Shown: positions 1-10,861 of the stretch, piece after piece | Layout of the letters: every line of letters starts with the position of its first letter | How positions within the stretch are numbered: position 1 is the first letter of the stretch | Origin: Oopsacas minuta | Taxonomy: Eukaryota > Animalia > Porifera | DNA length: 64,000 bases | NCBI GenBank assembly: GCA_024704765.1 | Contig: JAKMXF010000365.1 | Location: 372,001-436,000 of the forward strand | Reading direction: 5' to 3' | The notes under the pieces: generated by a model | What the model was told of the DNA's origin: nothing | What the model saw: the letters and a program-made list of their open reading frames with translations, nothing else | Database searches by the model: none | Made by a program: the position numbers and the translations under genes

Positions 1-1209
1 TAAAGAGGAGAGATCCGAGATTTAAGAACCATACAGGAAGCGATCTTAACAAGACAGACAGGACAGAAAGCGTTATGAGTGATGATCAGAACCTGTTTCT
101 ACAGAGACATAGCAAAATGGTAGAATTCAGTTCTGCAGACAGAACACCATTACTATCACCGTTAACAGAAAGAGGGACCTCCACTAACTTTGGCAGCATA
201 CCCATAGAACAATCTACAGTCTTGGAAACTAGCTTCATGCCAGGAGCATACCACGTCATCAAGTAGTATGTTTAGTAAAAGGAGATGTAATAATAGTTAG
301 AGAAAGCTGTAATAGGTTTTGAAGAGTTAAAATGTTCGTAAATAGTGTAGATAAGTTGTATTTGTTTTATTAAATATAAATATATTACTGCTATAATACT
401 TCAGAGCTAACATACGTAAACAGAGTAGAAATGGTACAATCTAACCTCACAAAAGTGGAACGAATTCACAAAATGTATTTATCAGTGAAATCAGAATCTA
501 ACTATTCAGTGACCAGATACACACTGGCTTCTACATAAAAGAAATTGTGGTTCTTGATAACCCGAGTTTTAGTATAAATTTATAACTATTATCTAAAAAT
601 GTTACAATGGATTCAATACTATTACAATGGACAGAATATCTAGCCTATCCTTATTATGAAACGGTGGATGATCTAGAAATGTTCAGATCAGGCTGGTTAT
701 ACAATATAATACTAATGAGGATCACTGATAAAATGTAAGTTAATAACTCACATATATAAATACCCTCTTATAAATATTATAGCGTAGAAGATGAAGTACT
801 GGCATTACGGAAACAAACCAGTTTAGTCAATATAGAAAAGGTTAGCGAATAAAGTAAAAGTAAGTCTACGAGATATAATACTGAGTTTACTAACTGTAGG
901 CTATCATAATTGCCAAAGTGTTGACGCTACCTGTCCCATTCAGAAAGGAAGATATCTCTACAGTGAGAATTCAGAAGCTAGAAGCATTTCTACTCATACT
1001 ATATAGCTACCATAAGACAAGTAAGTAGTATGCTAATAGTGGACAAAATATACGTTACGGGTGAGTGTATTTATCTAGATAGATGTCTAACAAGTGATGA
1101 GATTGCCTTGACAGAAGCAGAACAGACAAAGAAGAGGAATATACAGAAAGCAGAGCAAAGACAATTAGGCAGAACTCAACCAGCGGGTAGGACATGCAAC
1201 CTCCAATAA
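1..1209 (+). CDS. 3' part of a multi-exon gene of unknown function, truncated by the window edge
   Basis: The 75..266 reading frame is already open at position 3. Further exon-like segments with AG/GT ends follow (e.g. SVEDEVLALRKQTSLVNIEK, AIIIAKVLTLPVPFRKEDISTVRIQKLEAFLLILYSYHKT). The last exon from ~1079 continues in frame to TAA at 1207-1209. No family recognised; exon structure uncertain. Confidence 0.35.
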
Positions 1210-1454
1210 TATCTGTTCGTACAATTTAGTACAATATAATGATATTACAAATGAATTGCAATGCTATGAAATATTAGGGTAGTATTAATTATAATACGTC
1301 TTACGTCACAAACTAAACACAGTAGAATATTAGTTTTGACCCAATTCTGTTCACAAATGCTATCACCAACAAGTTGTATAACAATAATAGTATAGCATGA
1401 TAGTAGGATATATTAGCTAGATAGAGAATATATTAATATATACCTTGTAGTGGA

Positions 1455-4400
1455 TCAGCTGTTCCATTCCATCTGTAACTCATCTGTTAATTGTTCTATT
1501 TCATGAATAAGACGTGTATCATTTAGACCACACTTAAGAGCATATCTATACGTCTGTTCAGCCTCAGCCTGTCTCCCAGTCCTCAGACATACCATACAGA
1601 GATAAGCCCATATTTCAGGCTCTAAGTTATTTAGAATATTAGCTTCAGCCAGAGCCTCTTCTGCTTCCCCTAGCTCCTGCATCCTGTAGCAAGATATACC
1701 TACTCCTAGCCAAGTTAATGCTGAAGGGGAGTGTCTACATCCGTGTAAGAACATCTCTTTAGATTTCGTATAATTATCCTCCTCTAGATAAATAGAAGCT
1801 AGACGTAGATATACAAGATGGGGGTCTAAGAGCTCTCCTGTTGAGGCTAGAGTACGTTCATAACTCTTTATTGCTCCTGCGGTATCTCGCATTAAGTACT
1901 GAGCATGTGAGAATATCTCCCAAGCCTGGACATTCTCTATATCCAGAGCTATAGCTCGTTTGGCGTGTAGTAACAGATCCATAGTGTCACCTTTCGCGAG
2001 TGCAAGTCTAGCCAATAATGTCTCGTACTCAGAATTAATCCCATCTTCACACCCTACAAGATGATGTCCCAAAGCCATTGCTGCGAAGGTCAACGCATTC
2101 CTCTCCAATAGAAATTCAGCAGTCACCATGAATATACTCTTAGCATGGCATTTAACGATAGGAATCTGTTCACATGTTTCAATAGCTTCAGACCGTAAGC
2201 TATCCCGACTAGTCGTAAGTCCCTCTTCTAGAGCTACCTGCTTCTTATCCTCATCTTCTTGTTCTCCTACCTCTGTCGTATCTGCTAATGTACCAGCTGT
2301 GCTGCCTATCTGTTTGGAGTTCAGGAGACCCTCTCGAGAACTATGACGAGTATCTTTAGACATGAGACTGACCTTGCTAGTGGAAACCTTCGGGATAGCT
2401 AGAGATATCTTAGGTTGATCTCGTGTGTATAGAGATTCAGCTCTACGGAATGACATATCCACTGCGTTTTTATTAGACCCATTCTCACTACTAGCTTCAT
2501 AATGTAATCCCATTACAATCCATGGTTCTATAGCCTGTGGGTCCTGTGCTGAAGCAGCTTCTAGAAAGGTTTCAGCCTGTTCGTATCTACTAGTGAGATT
2601 AGAGACGATACCGAATAGTAGTAGAGAGGGGACATGATGTTGGTCACAGGCTATAGCTTGTTTGAAGCATTCCTCAGCTTTAGGTAGGTTGTTAACGAGC
2701 ATACAGAAAGAACCATACTCACTCCAGAAATCAGCTGAGTTACGTCGCATAGCTACACGCTGTTGATAGTACTGAGCTGCTTGGGCATAGTTATTATTAG
2801 CTATAGCTTCTGATGCAAATAGTTTGAGTAGGGAGGGTTCCTGGACCGAGGGAGGGGTCTGTTCATACTGAGAGCTTAATAAAGTATTCCCCAGTCCTGT
2901 ATGCATCTGATCCACTAGATGTACGTATAGTTCGGAGAGAAATTCTTCTTTCTCTTCTTCGCTTTTGAACGCAGTTTTATTCTGGAATTTATCACGTACT
3001 AAGCTAACAACAGAGTGTTTCAGCTGTTCCTTCAGTGCGTAGAATCTACCTGTCACATTCAATTGGTATTGTAGCTCAATTCGTCTCTTCTCCAGTTCAC
3101 TAGCGCTCTCTTCCTTACCCAGCTCATCTCCGAATAGAGTCCACATCTCTCCCAGTAGTCCTGTAGCTACCTGTTGTATCTGCTGCTGATATCCACGGAC
3201 AGCCTTCTCAGCACCTCCTATCCTAGTAGGCATAGCAGAACGTGGTGGTATCAGATCTGACACGTGCTCGGATAGTTCCTCTAGGTTCTTCCTCTGTATC
3301 AGAGGACGTGACAGCTCAAGGCTCACATGTACATAACACCTCCCAAAAACAGGACCCTCCCCTTCCTTAGCAGTCTCCTCAGTAGCTGATTCTAACCCTG
3401 TATGATAAGAAGAAGCTGATTTCTTTACCTGCTTAACTTTAGCACTAGCAGCAGAGCTACGACTAGTCTGAGCACCTAGTACATAGCTGTTGGTACATTG
3501 AGTACGAGATGCTACTTCTGATTCAGTATACGGATGTACTATATAGGCACCTGTTATTCTACTGGTACCGGGGTATAGGAGAGAGGAGAGGGAGACGAAT
3601 GCTACCCCATGGTAGGAAAATGAGGGCTCCTCTTCTGTCTTTGCCTTACCACCCTTCTGAGGAGGAGGAGGAGAAGTACGGACAAGTTCTATCGGCAGCT
3701 CGCTACACTGAGAGAGACATTTCTTAAGTTCACTTATCCAATCCTCTCCAAGTAACACACGTTTCTCCATATTCCACACTACACGAGGCTTCCCTGTCTC
3801 TGCTTCTACTCGAAACTCTAGGTCTTGTTTATCTCTCAGCTCTCCATCCTCCTCGTCTGGTACGCTAGGCTCTACGCTCCTATCCGGGATAACACAGGCC
3901 AGAGGAGAGACACCGGTGAGACTGCTCCAACGGAGATGTGTGTCATATGAGAGGTCTTTTATAGGTTTAGGTCGGTAAGAGCCGTTGGGCATGAGTATAG
4001 GCTCATGACCCTCAGTGGTAGGTATAGGGAGAGAGAACGTGTATGTGGTACAAGCTGGACTAGTGGCCCATTGCTCGGGAGGTGAGTAGAGAGAGTGTAA
4101 CTGCAGACTGAGCAGAGAGTACCTGTCAGCTCGTCCAGGGGCTAGAAGTGGGGCTGAGGCTACTATCTCTAAATCTAGAGTTATGACAGGATGATCTTCT
4201 GTGGAAGGGGAAAGAGGATGGATAGGGAGAGAGTGGAAATAGTTAGTACGACCCTGAAATAGAGGGAGCAAGTCTAAACATCCTTGTCCCATCAAGAGGA
4301 CTTTGTCTTTGGGAAGAGCTTCAAACATAGAAACAACTAAAGGCTGTTGTATCAGAGAACCTATAGAACTAGTATCTCCCTGTATAGCAGATAGAGATAG

Positions 4401-4571
4401 AGAATGATTGAAGTTACATTCTTCTCCGGTCTTATAAGCGAGGCGAGCTGAGTCCCCTAGGGGTTTCTGAGTGTGCTCGAATCTTAGAAATACCGTGATT
4501 GTGTCACCTTTAAGAGGACGGAGATTGTGGCATTGACTGACAGTAATTGTGATAGTGATCGGGTTATCCAT
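1455..4571 (-). CDS. CFAP70: Cilia- and flagella-associated protein 70 (TTC18), intronless, 1038 aa
   Basis: N-terminal C2-like region (ITITVSQCHNL), central YHGVAFVSLSSLLYPG and FYALKEQLKHSVVSLVRDKF segments typical of CFAP70, and C-terminal TPR repeats ending NNLEPEIWAYLCMVCL. Confidence 0.9.
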   Translation of the reverse strand: MDNPITITITVSQCHNLRPLKGDTITVFLRFEHTQKPLGDSARLAYKTGEECNFNHSLSLSAIQGDTSSIGSLIQQPLVVSMFEALPKDKVLLMGQGCLDLLPLFQGRTNYFHSLPIHPLSPSTEDHPVITLDLEIVASAPLLAPGRADRYSLLSLQLHSLYSPPEQWATSPACTTYTFSLPIPTTEGHEPILMPNGSYRPKPIKDLSYDTHLRWSSLTGVSPLACVIPDRSVEPSVPDEEDGELRDKQDLEFRVEAETGKPRVVWNMEKRVLLGEDWISELKKCLSQCSELPIELVRTSPPPPQKGGKAKTEEEPSFSYHGVAFVSLSSLLYPGTSRITGAYIVHPYTESEVASRTQCTNSYVLGAQTSRSSAASAKVKQVKKSASSYHTGLESATEETAKEGEGPVFGRCYVHVSLELSRPLIQRKNLEELSEHVSDLIPPRSAMPTRIGGAEKAVRGYQQQIQQVATGLLGEMWTLFGDELGKEESASELEKRRIELQYQLNVTGRFYALKEQLKHSVVSLVRDKFQNKTAFKSEEEKEEFLSELYVHLVDQMHTGLGNTLLSSQYEQTPPSVQEPSLLKLFASEAIANNNYAQAAQYYQQRVAMRRNSADFWSEYGSFCMLVNNLPKAEECFKQAIACDQHHVPSLLLFGIVSNLTSRYEQAETFLEAASAQDPQAIEPWIVMGLHYEASSENGSNKNAVDMSFRRAESLYTRDQPKISLAIPKVSTSKVSLMSKDTRHSSREGLLNSKQIGSTAGTLADTTEVGEQEDEDKKQVALEEGLTTSRDSLRSEAIETCEQIPIVKCHAKSIFMVTAEFLLERNALTFAAMALGHHLVGCEDGINSEYETLLARLALAKGDTMDLLLHAKRAIALDIENVQAWEIFSHAQYLMRDTAGAIKSYERTLASTGELLDPHLVYLRLASIYLEEDNYTKSKEMFLHGCRHSPSALTWLGVGISCYRMQELGEAEEALAEANILNNLEPEIWAYLCMVCLRTGRQAEAEQTYRYALKCGLNDTRLIHEIEQLTDELQMEWNS

Positions 4572-4712
4572 GCTAACTTGAAGAGATATTAGTTGTTACG
4601 TCACAATAGTATAACAGAAGAAATATAATTCCAAAAAAAAGCGAATTATTTTACAAAATTAGAAAATTAAATATATTCAAAAATGGTTTTAGTATTTACA
4701 GTCTTAATTATT

Positions 4713-5786
4713 TTAAAAGGATCTCCTAGTACTGATAACATGCTCTCTGTAGCGAGCTATTACACTTCGTGTCTCTTGATTTACATCTCTATAATTCAAC
4801 CTTGAATAAACAATGTAAGCAATATTGACAACAATCAAAACCAAATCAAACTGGATCACTGCGATGTAGTCAATCAGCCAAATAATAGAAGCTACATCTA
4901 AGATATATTGGACTTTTTGTTTGGTGAATCGAAAGTGAATGCTGAAAAACTTCGAAAAGTAGCAAGGACTGAGTGCAACCCAAATGCCTAAATGGGCACA
5001 CAAAACACCAATAAGATAGAAGAATAATGTCACTATAAAAACTGATGATACCCGCCTGAATATTGTCATACCGCGGTACATACGCGACCATTCTAAAGGC
5101 TCAAACTGTAAATCCAATAACCTCATTACAAGTATAGCATACAACTTCCTCCCTGCCGCTATCAAAGCTACAAAATCTATGGCCATGCATACAATATATA
5201 ATGACGAGCCAGCGAGGCCAGTGTAAGGTGAAATCAATAATGCCCAGCAGATTATAAATTGTAACATCCCAATATAAGCCCATCTCCATACCCATTTGAA
5301 GCAGCGAGGAAAATAACTATAGCTCTCTCTGATGGACAAGATAGTCATAATGAGAGTTGTCATAAGGGAGAGCACTAGACAATGTGATAGACTTATCCAA
5401 ATGAATTGGTATGGCTGTTTGCTTGTAATAAAATCGTATGCTTTGTAATCCTCTACCCAATCACACTTAGCTGAAGGTTCAAAATCAAAATATGTAGAAA
5501 TGGCAAAAGTCATTAGACGTAAACTGACATGACTAGCTTCTAAAAGAGTTGTTGACAGGAAAAAATAATTTTTGTTTTTCTTAGTTTGTAGCTCATCTAA
5601 TATTTTAGCAGTTTCAGGTTCTTGAGTCAATAACTCGAGTCTTCTCAAAATCAAACGAATTTTAGAAATTTTTACTAGAATAAATCCAACCCATCCCAAC
5701 GAGAAGATCAAACTAACAAAATTTGTTACCACAATAATGATATGGAAGATTGTCCCGCATATGTAAGGGATCAAAGGCTGTAACAT
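4713..5786 (-). CDS. Orphan seven-transmembrane-like protein, intronless, 357 aa
   Basis: ATG-started ORF with about seven hydrophobic segments (approx. aa 14-38, 75-98, 128-150, 167-186, 193-213, 246-270, 300-326); no class A GPCR motifs recognised. Confidence 0.75.
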   Translation of the reverse strand: MLQPLIPYICGTIFHIIIVVTNFVSLIFSLGWVGFILVKISKIRLILRRLELLTQEPETAKILDELQTKKNKNYFFLSTTLLEASHVSLRLMTFAISTYFDFEPSAKCDWVEDYKAYDFITSKQPYQFIWISLSHCLVLSLMTTLIMTILSIRESYSYFPRCFKWVWRWAYIGMLQFIICWALLISPYTGLAGSSLYIVCMAIDFVALIAAGRKLYAILVMRLLDLQFEPLEWSRMYRGMTIFRRVSSVFIVTLFFYLIGVLCAHLGIWVALSPCYFSKFFSIHFRFTKQKVQYILDVASIIWLIDYIAVIQFDLVLIVVNIAYIVYSRLNYRDVNQETRSVIARYREHVISTRRSF

Positions 5787-5950
5787 CTACCCAAATAAAA
5801 GTATATATAAATCGTTAAATGGAAGAGGTATTACTAAAAATAGCGAATACAAATATAGGTTTATAATGAGTAACAAAATAAATAGAAATAGACTGCTAAA
5901 ACATCACTAATAATTAATATAGAGATAAGACTAGTAGGAGGATCAGCTGT

Positions 5951-6661
5951 TTAGAGTTTCTTAGCATTTTTACTGGGAGATGATTTCCTAATACAGCGGA
6001 ATGTCCATAGGATACAACGTAGAACGTAGATAACAGCAATAGCCAGTAGGAATAGGGTACTGATCCACAAGCCTGTCTCAGTTGTATCTATAAGGTCGTC
6101 AAAGCGGAGGAAACCATCAAATCCTAATGTAGCGTTTGTATAAGCACCACCTTGACTACACTCCTGCATCCCAGATATGGGATGTGTCAACGTGGCCACT
6201 TGATCGCAGGTATACCTTTCTCCAACGGTAACAACACACGATATTATGAGAACGTATAGGAAAAGTAGTACGTTTATAAAGCCCCATATGTAAACAAGGA
6301 AAGTCATGTTCCAAGCCTGCCAGATTTTCAAAACCAGAAAACCAATAAATGGGAAGATGACAGCCCAGATAATAATTGGTGTTAAAAGCACAACAACACA
6401 AGGACCACTTGGTCCCAAAGAAAGGTCACTAGTGCCATTAATCGCACTGCTGAACAGGACACAAGATCTGCCTGGTTCTGTAGCTCTACGTGCACTGAGA
6501 GCAAAAGATGAAGCGATGGCAATGAAAGTCAATAAACTGAAAATGACGATTATTATCCCAAGGCCTACTAATATGATATCAACGAATCGACCTAGAGTAA
6601 CCTTGAATCCGCGCTCGGGAATCCTCTTGCTCTTCTCAGACTCCTTTTTTTCTTCACCCAT
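5951..6661 (-). CDS. TMEM179-like four-TM protein, paralogue 1, 236 aa
   Basis: Four TM segments with the Cys pattern CVLF...GPSGPC, VVTVGERYTCD, ...ECSQ and FDD...TETGLWIS, matching the TMEM179 layout (CLLF, GP..C, VSVG..WCD, AQFGLW.S). Confidence 0.75.
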   Translation of the reverse strand: MGEEKKESEKSKRIPERGFKVTLGRFVDIILVGLGIIIVIFSLLTFIAIASSFALSARRATEPGRSCVLFSSAINGTSDLSLGPSGPCVVVLLTPIIIWAVIFPFIGFLVLKIWQAWNMTFLVYIWGFINVLLFLYVLIISCVVTVGERYTCDQVATLTHPISGMQECSQGGAYTNATLGFDGFLRFDDLIDTTETGLWISTLFLLAIAVIYVLRCILWTFRCIRKSSPSKNAKKL

Positions 6662-7472
6662 TTTAGTATTTTATCAAAGAAATTGAAATAATAGTAAACT
6701 ATTTCAGTGCATACAATTGGTCTTTTATATTGAATCTTAAGATAGTGATAATACCATAGAAGATACATAGGGCTATAGTATCAGTTAACAAACATGTTAT
6801 TATATCCTTTTGTGGATAGTGGAGACCTATGAATCAGAACTATGTTGGCTGTCACGTAATTCACTTACATTTCCTAATTAGCATTCATAATTAGCAGACA
6901 TAAAAGTGTATAATTGCAATATTTCTAGGAATGTAGTGTGTAGTCTGAATTTCAAGTGGTCGTAATCTAATACTGTTGCTAATCAAAGAATGATTAGACA
7001 CAGAATTTAACACATAATACAAGATGGATAGTGTCAGAGGAACCTGATTAGTAGCAATTTCTGTAATCCATCATAAGCTGTGTGTAAATTTCACTACCAA
7101 GTACACAAAATAAAATTAATCTTCGTGTTTGTTATTTACAGAAGTTTACTTGGCTAAAAAATTGATTAAATATTGGAGAAAATATACAAAATATGTGCAA
7201 GGATAAATCCTGTAAAATGGATCATAAACCCTTTCTCAACTTAAATTTGTTAGCTTTAGTCCCTGACATCAACTATAACAGTTCTACCTGAAAGCTAGAT
7301 AACATATTATAAACCTTTAAACAATAATGCACAACTATATATTGAGGAATAAATACAGTCAAACAGGTCAGTTATCTAAGAAAATAATATTCAAAGCAAG
7401 CTACTATATATAACTAATCCACTACAGCTATAGTGCGTTACAAAACACAAAGAGCTGCTGCGTAACAAGATT

Positions 7473-8264
7473 TTAGGTAGAAATATCTTCAAGGCTCTTA
7501 TCTTTATCAGATTTCGTCTCCTTAGATTCATCTTTAAATTTCCCCCTCATTTCTTCTTTTCTAATCTTACGTCTGGAGAATATGATAATGCGAATGAAGT
7601 GCAGAAACGATAGAATTACGAGAAGTAAGCAAGATATCCAAAAAGTAACTTGTCCAGTAGCAATAGAACCTGTAAACTTTATGAGTACAGCCGATTTAGA
7701 AGGATCAGCTTCATCACCTTGGTATACACCATCATTAATGCAAGATTGCTTAGTAGTAGTACCAGGTATATTCAGGCCTGCTAAGTTACTGCATGTAATA
7801 GTGTACCCGATAGATACTACCATTGATACAATGATAGTGTAAACTAGACATATAATAGAGAGGACACAGATTGCTATTTCGAAGAATCCTATCTTCCAAG
7901 CACAGCATATCTTAAGAGATAGGAATAATATGAACAATACTAAGAAGCACCAGATTATAGGGGGAGAAATGAGGACAAAGTAACAAATTGTGCTAGCAGA
8001 GAAAACTAGATTTTCTCCGTTAGCGTCAGCGCTTCCAAACAAGGGACATATCTCACTAGATCCTCCTAATTCAGAAACAGCTGAAGATGACGTAATAATA
8101 AGAGTAGCAATACAAATAAAAGAAATAAAGCTAAACAGAAACACTAAGATATTAATTGAGACGAGGAACAGATCGAAACATCGACCGAATGTAAGCTTAA
8201 ATCCATGCAACTTCTTCTTAGGCTTTCCACCCTCAAGCTGAGTAGTACCTTTGTCTTCTTCCAT
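7473..8264 (-). CDS. TMEM179-like four-TM protein, paralogue 2, 263 aa
   Basis: Same architecture as 5951..6661: FKLTFGRCFD start, CPLF, IC, VVSIGYTITCSN, QSC, TGQVTFWISC; charged C-terminal tail. Confidence 0.7.
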   Translation of the reverse strand: MEEDKGTTQLEGGKPKKKLHGFKLTFGRCFDLFLVSINILVFLFSFISFICIATLIITSSSAVSELGGSSEICPLFGSADANGENLVFSASTICYFVLISPPIIWCFLVLFILFLSLKICCAWKIGFFEIAICVLSIICLVYTIIVSMVVSIGYTITCSNLAGLNIPGTTTKQSCINDGVYQGDEADPSKSAVLIKFTGSIATGQVTFWISCLLLVILSFLHFIRIIIFSRRKIRKEEMRGKFKDESKETKSDKDKSLEDIST

Positions 8265-8599
8265 GATAATCTATCAACTAACAAAGACAATTTTGTAATA
8301 TTGGTCGCGGTAGTTAGATAAATGTATCAGATACACCACCCAGATAAATTTGGCTACTACACGAAAAATTTGAACCCCTCCCCGGTCCCCCGTGTCAAGC
8401 AAAAGAATGGGGTACCACCCCTCCCCTTACCCCTTGTAGCGTTACTTAACGTTGCTAGCTTGACTAATTGCATGGCCGTAACAATACTAATAGTATCAAT
8501 CAATAATTAGACTCAATATATTCAAATAACAAATATACATATAAGTGAATGTGTACAGGCAATAAATACTAAGGATAACATTGAGGGTAGCAATAATAA

Positions 8600-9247
8600 T
8601 TAGATCATATTACCAGAAGCCTGAATAAACTTCTGTATGAAATTACTCCAGTTGTAGTAACTAAATTCGCTAGCATTTGGTACAACTACACCGTTAGCAA
8701 AGAATGTAGGGGTACCAGACACCCCCCGAGAGCAAGCGTACTTCCAAGCATAACGAGCGTTAAGATTATTGTAAAGATTCTGATATCCCTCCATTATGAT
8801 GTCATAATCAATTTCAACATATTTCTCAGCGTAAGCAGCGTATTTATCCATAACCTCCAGCTCTGTCAAATTAACAGATTGAGATATAAATTCCTTATAA
8901 TACTGGAATATATAACTCATGAATACAGGGAATTTACTAGGAGAGGCTTTGAGGATTGTCTCTCCAGCCCAAGCAGCTAGAAATGAGTTACGATGGTATG
9001 GGAGAGGAAAAATATGAATTATCACACCTAAACTTCTATTGCTGAATTTAGAAATAGCTTGTGAGAATACAGGCCAATTCATTGCTGAGCCATAACATAG
9101 ATTATCATAGAATACTTCTAGTACTAATTGACTATCCCTTGCCCCCATGAAGAGATAACCAGGGGGAGAAGAGGGTATCGGAGGAGATTGGGCTCTCATA
9201 CACACCATGAGGCTCAATATGGATAGCAGTATTATCAAAGGAGACAT
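8600..9247 (-). CDS. Secreted DsbA-like thioredoxin-fold protein, paralogue 1, 215 aa
   Basis: Signal peptide, LEVFYDNLCYGS, IHIFPLPYH and RGVSGTPTFFANG (cis-Pro GTPT motif of the DsbA/Thioredoxin_4 family). Confidence 0.85.
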   Translation of the reverse strand: MSPLIILLSILSLMVCMRAQSPPIPSSPPGYLFMGARDSQLVLEVFYDNLCYGSAMNWPVFSQAISKFSNRSLGVIIHIFPLPYHRNSFLAAWAGETILKASPSKFPVFMSYIFQYYKEFISQSVNLTELEVMDKYAAYAEKYVEIDYDIIMEGYQNLYNNLNARYAWKYACSRGVSGTPTFFANGVVVPNASEFSYYNWSNFIQKFIQASGNMI

Positions 9248-9700
9248 GTTCAGTCGTTTGTAGTAATAGGAAAATAAATATCAACAACTAGTGAATCAAT
9301 ATATTAGATTCTCAGGATATAATTCGATGCCTATTTGTTCAAACATAAGCTGTTGTATATTGGCTTCTAAAATTCAAGAATATTTGTAGAAATGTTGTTT
9401 TCAAATATTGAGTAGATAAGGTGCGCCCCAAGGAAGGACTATTCTCTACATTAGGGAATCACTATTCAGTACAAAATTTTCGGTATACACTTAGTAAATG
9501 AAATATTAACTAGGCAACGCATGATACTATGATAACGGCGTAGCATGTAGTAAGTAATAATCAACATCATGATGCGTTAAATAAATCTCTCATTTAGCGG
9601 GGTATAATCTAAAATCTAAAAGCATGTAGAGCAGGAAATACAATATAACACAAACTACCAGATTAACAGACAAAAATAGTATGTGTATGTAGCTGTTGAA

Positions 9701-10321
9701 TCATCCTAGGAGGTTCCTTAGGAAGCTGTTCCATTGAGATAGATTGAACCCTCCTGCTTCTGGCACCTCAACATCGTTCACCATGAAAGTAGGAGTGCCA
9801 CTGACGCCACGATAGCACCCATACTTCCATGCTAGTCTAGCCCTCAAATCTAGATCCCTGTTCTTATAACCATCTAATATAACCTGAGCTTTGATACCAG
9901 TACTCATTTCTACAGCTTTAGCATAAGCCTGGTGTACTTCACCCTCTGTAAGGTTTACAGCTTTACTAATAAAGTCATCATAATTTTTGAATACATACGT
10001 CATATAATCACGGTACTTGCTAGCATCTGTTTGAATTACTGCCTCCCCTGCCCATGCAGCAAAGAATGAATTATGATGGTAAGGGAGAGGGAATATGTGT
10101 ACAGCTACTCCTAAGGTATTTCTAAGATATTCCTGTGATATAACCTGTGAGAACAAAGGCCAATTTGCTGCACTAACCTCACAGATATTATCATAGAACA
10201 CATCTATGAATATCTCCCTGGTCCTGTTCCCCAATAAGGGATATCCTAGTTGTCTTTGAGGTGTCTGAATAGTATAGCTCAGTGACAGAATAGCAGCGAA
10301 AGTGACCGTCAGCAGTATCAT
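9701..10321 (-). CDS. Secreted DsbA-like thioredoxin-fold protein, paralogue 2, 206 aa
   Basis: Signal peptide, IDVFYDNICEVS, VHIFPLPYH and RGVSGTPTFMVND; tandem duplicate of 8600..9247. Confidence 0.85.
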   Translation of the reverse strand: MILLTVTFAAILSLSYTIQTPQRQLGYPLLGNRTREIFIDVFYDNICEVSAANWPLFSQVISQEYLRNTLGVAVHIFPLPYHHNSFFAAWAGEAVIQTDASKYRDYMTYVFKNYDDFISKAVNLTEGEVHQAYAKAVEMSTGIKAQVILDGYKNRDLDLRARLAWKYGCYRGVSGTPTFMVNDVEVPEAGGFNLSQWNSFLRNLLG

Positions 10322-10861
10322 GACTAAATGCGATATTAGTATATTTATAATTTGAATTAACCGGTAATAAAGCTGCCTGTACGAACTATAACATTATATA
10401 ATTCATGCCAGTTCATTGACTACAATTGCATTACTTAGAGAATTTACAAATAAAACAGACAGGAATTTATAATAACTCCATAAATAATAGAAATTATAGA
10501 AAGTTTGTGTATTACTACTTTAGCCAACAAATATATATTACAAGTCACGATGCAGTATGACTATTGCTTGGATGTATAAACCATTACGATAAGGATACTA
10601 GTAGCGGCCTGAATGATGGACGTCCATATATAAGCCAAATTCAACCAAACTTGATCTGGATATATTCCATTACCAGATGCCCAAATTGGTACAGGATTAG
10701 ACATGAAAATCAAATATAAATATAAATAATTCAAGAATAATAAATACAATTAATTATCAGTACAAAATGTACATACTACTTGTGAATGGATACAGCTAAA
10801 GGGTCAACGAAGCTATCATGTTACTTCTCATGGAATGGGATATTTTACACACACAGAATAG

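Noticed and set aside
1301-4606. Identical TTACGTCACAA at 1301 and 4596 flanking intronless CFAP70 as a retrogene target-site duplication
   Set aside because: No poly(A) remnant beside the downstream copy, and a similar motif occurs in a PHLPP intron (~31946). More likely a CRE-like motif or chance.
6306-6686. Antisense ORFs over real genes (also 19649..20044, 28654..28875, 29387..29740, 29996..30373, 38722..38967, 39538..39915, 55092..55469)
   Set aside because: Shadow frames lying opposite well-supported CDSs, with Ser/Leu-rich complement-biased composition and no motifs.
9500-9520. CTAGGCAAC as an RFX X-box
   Set aside because: Only a half-site, upstream of a non-ciliary gene; no clear X-box was found at CFAP70 or ROPN1L.
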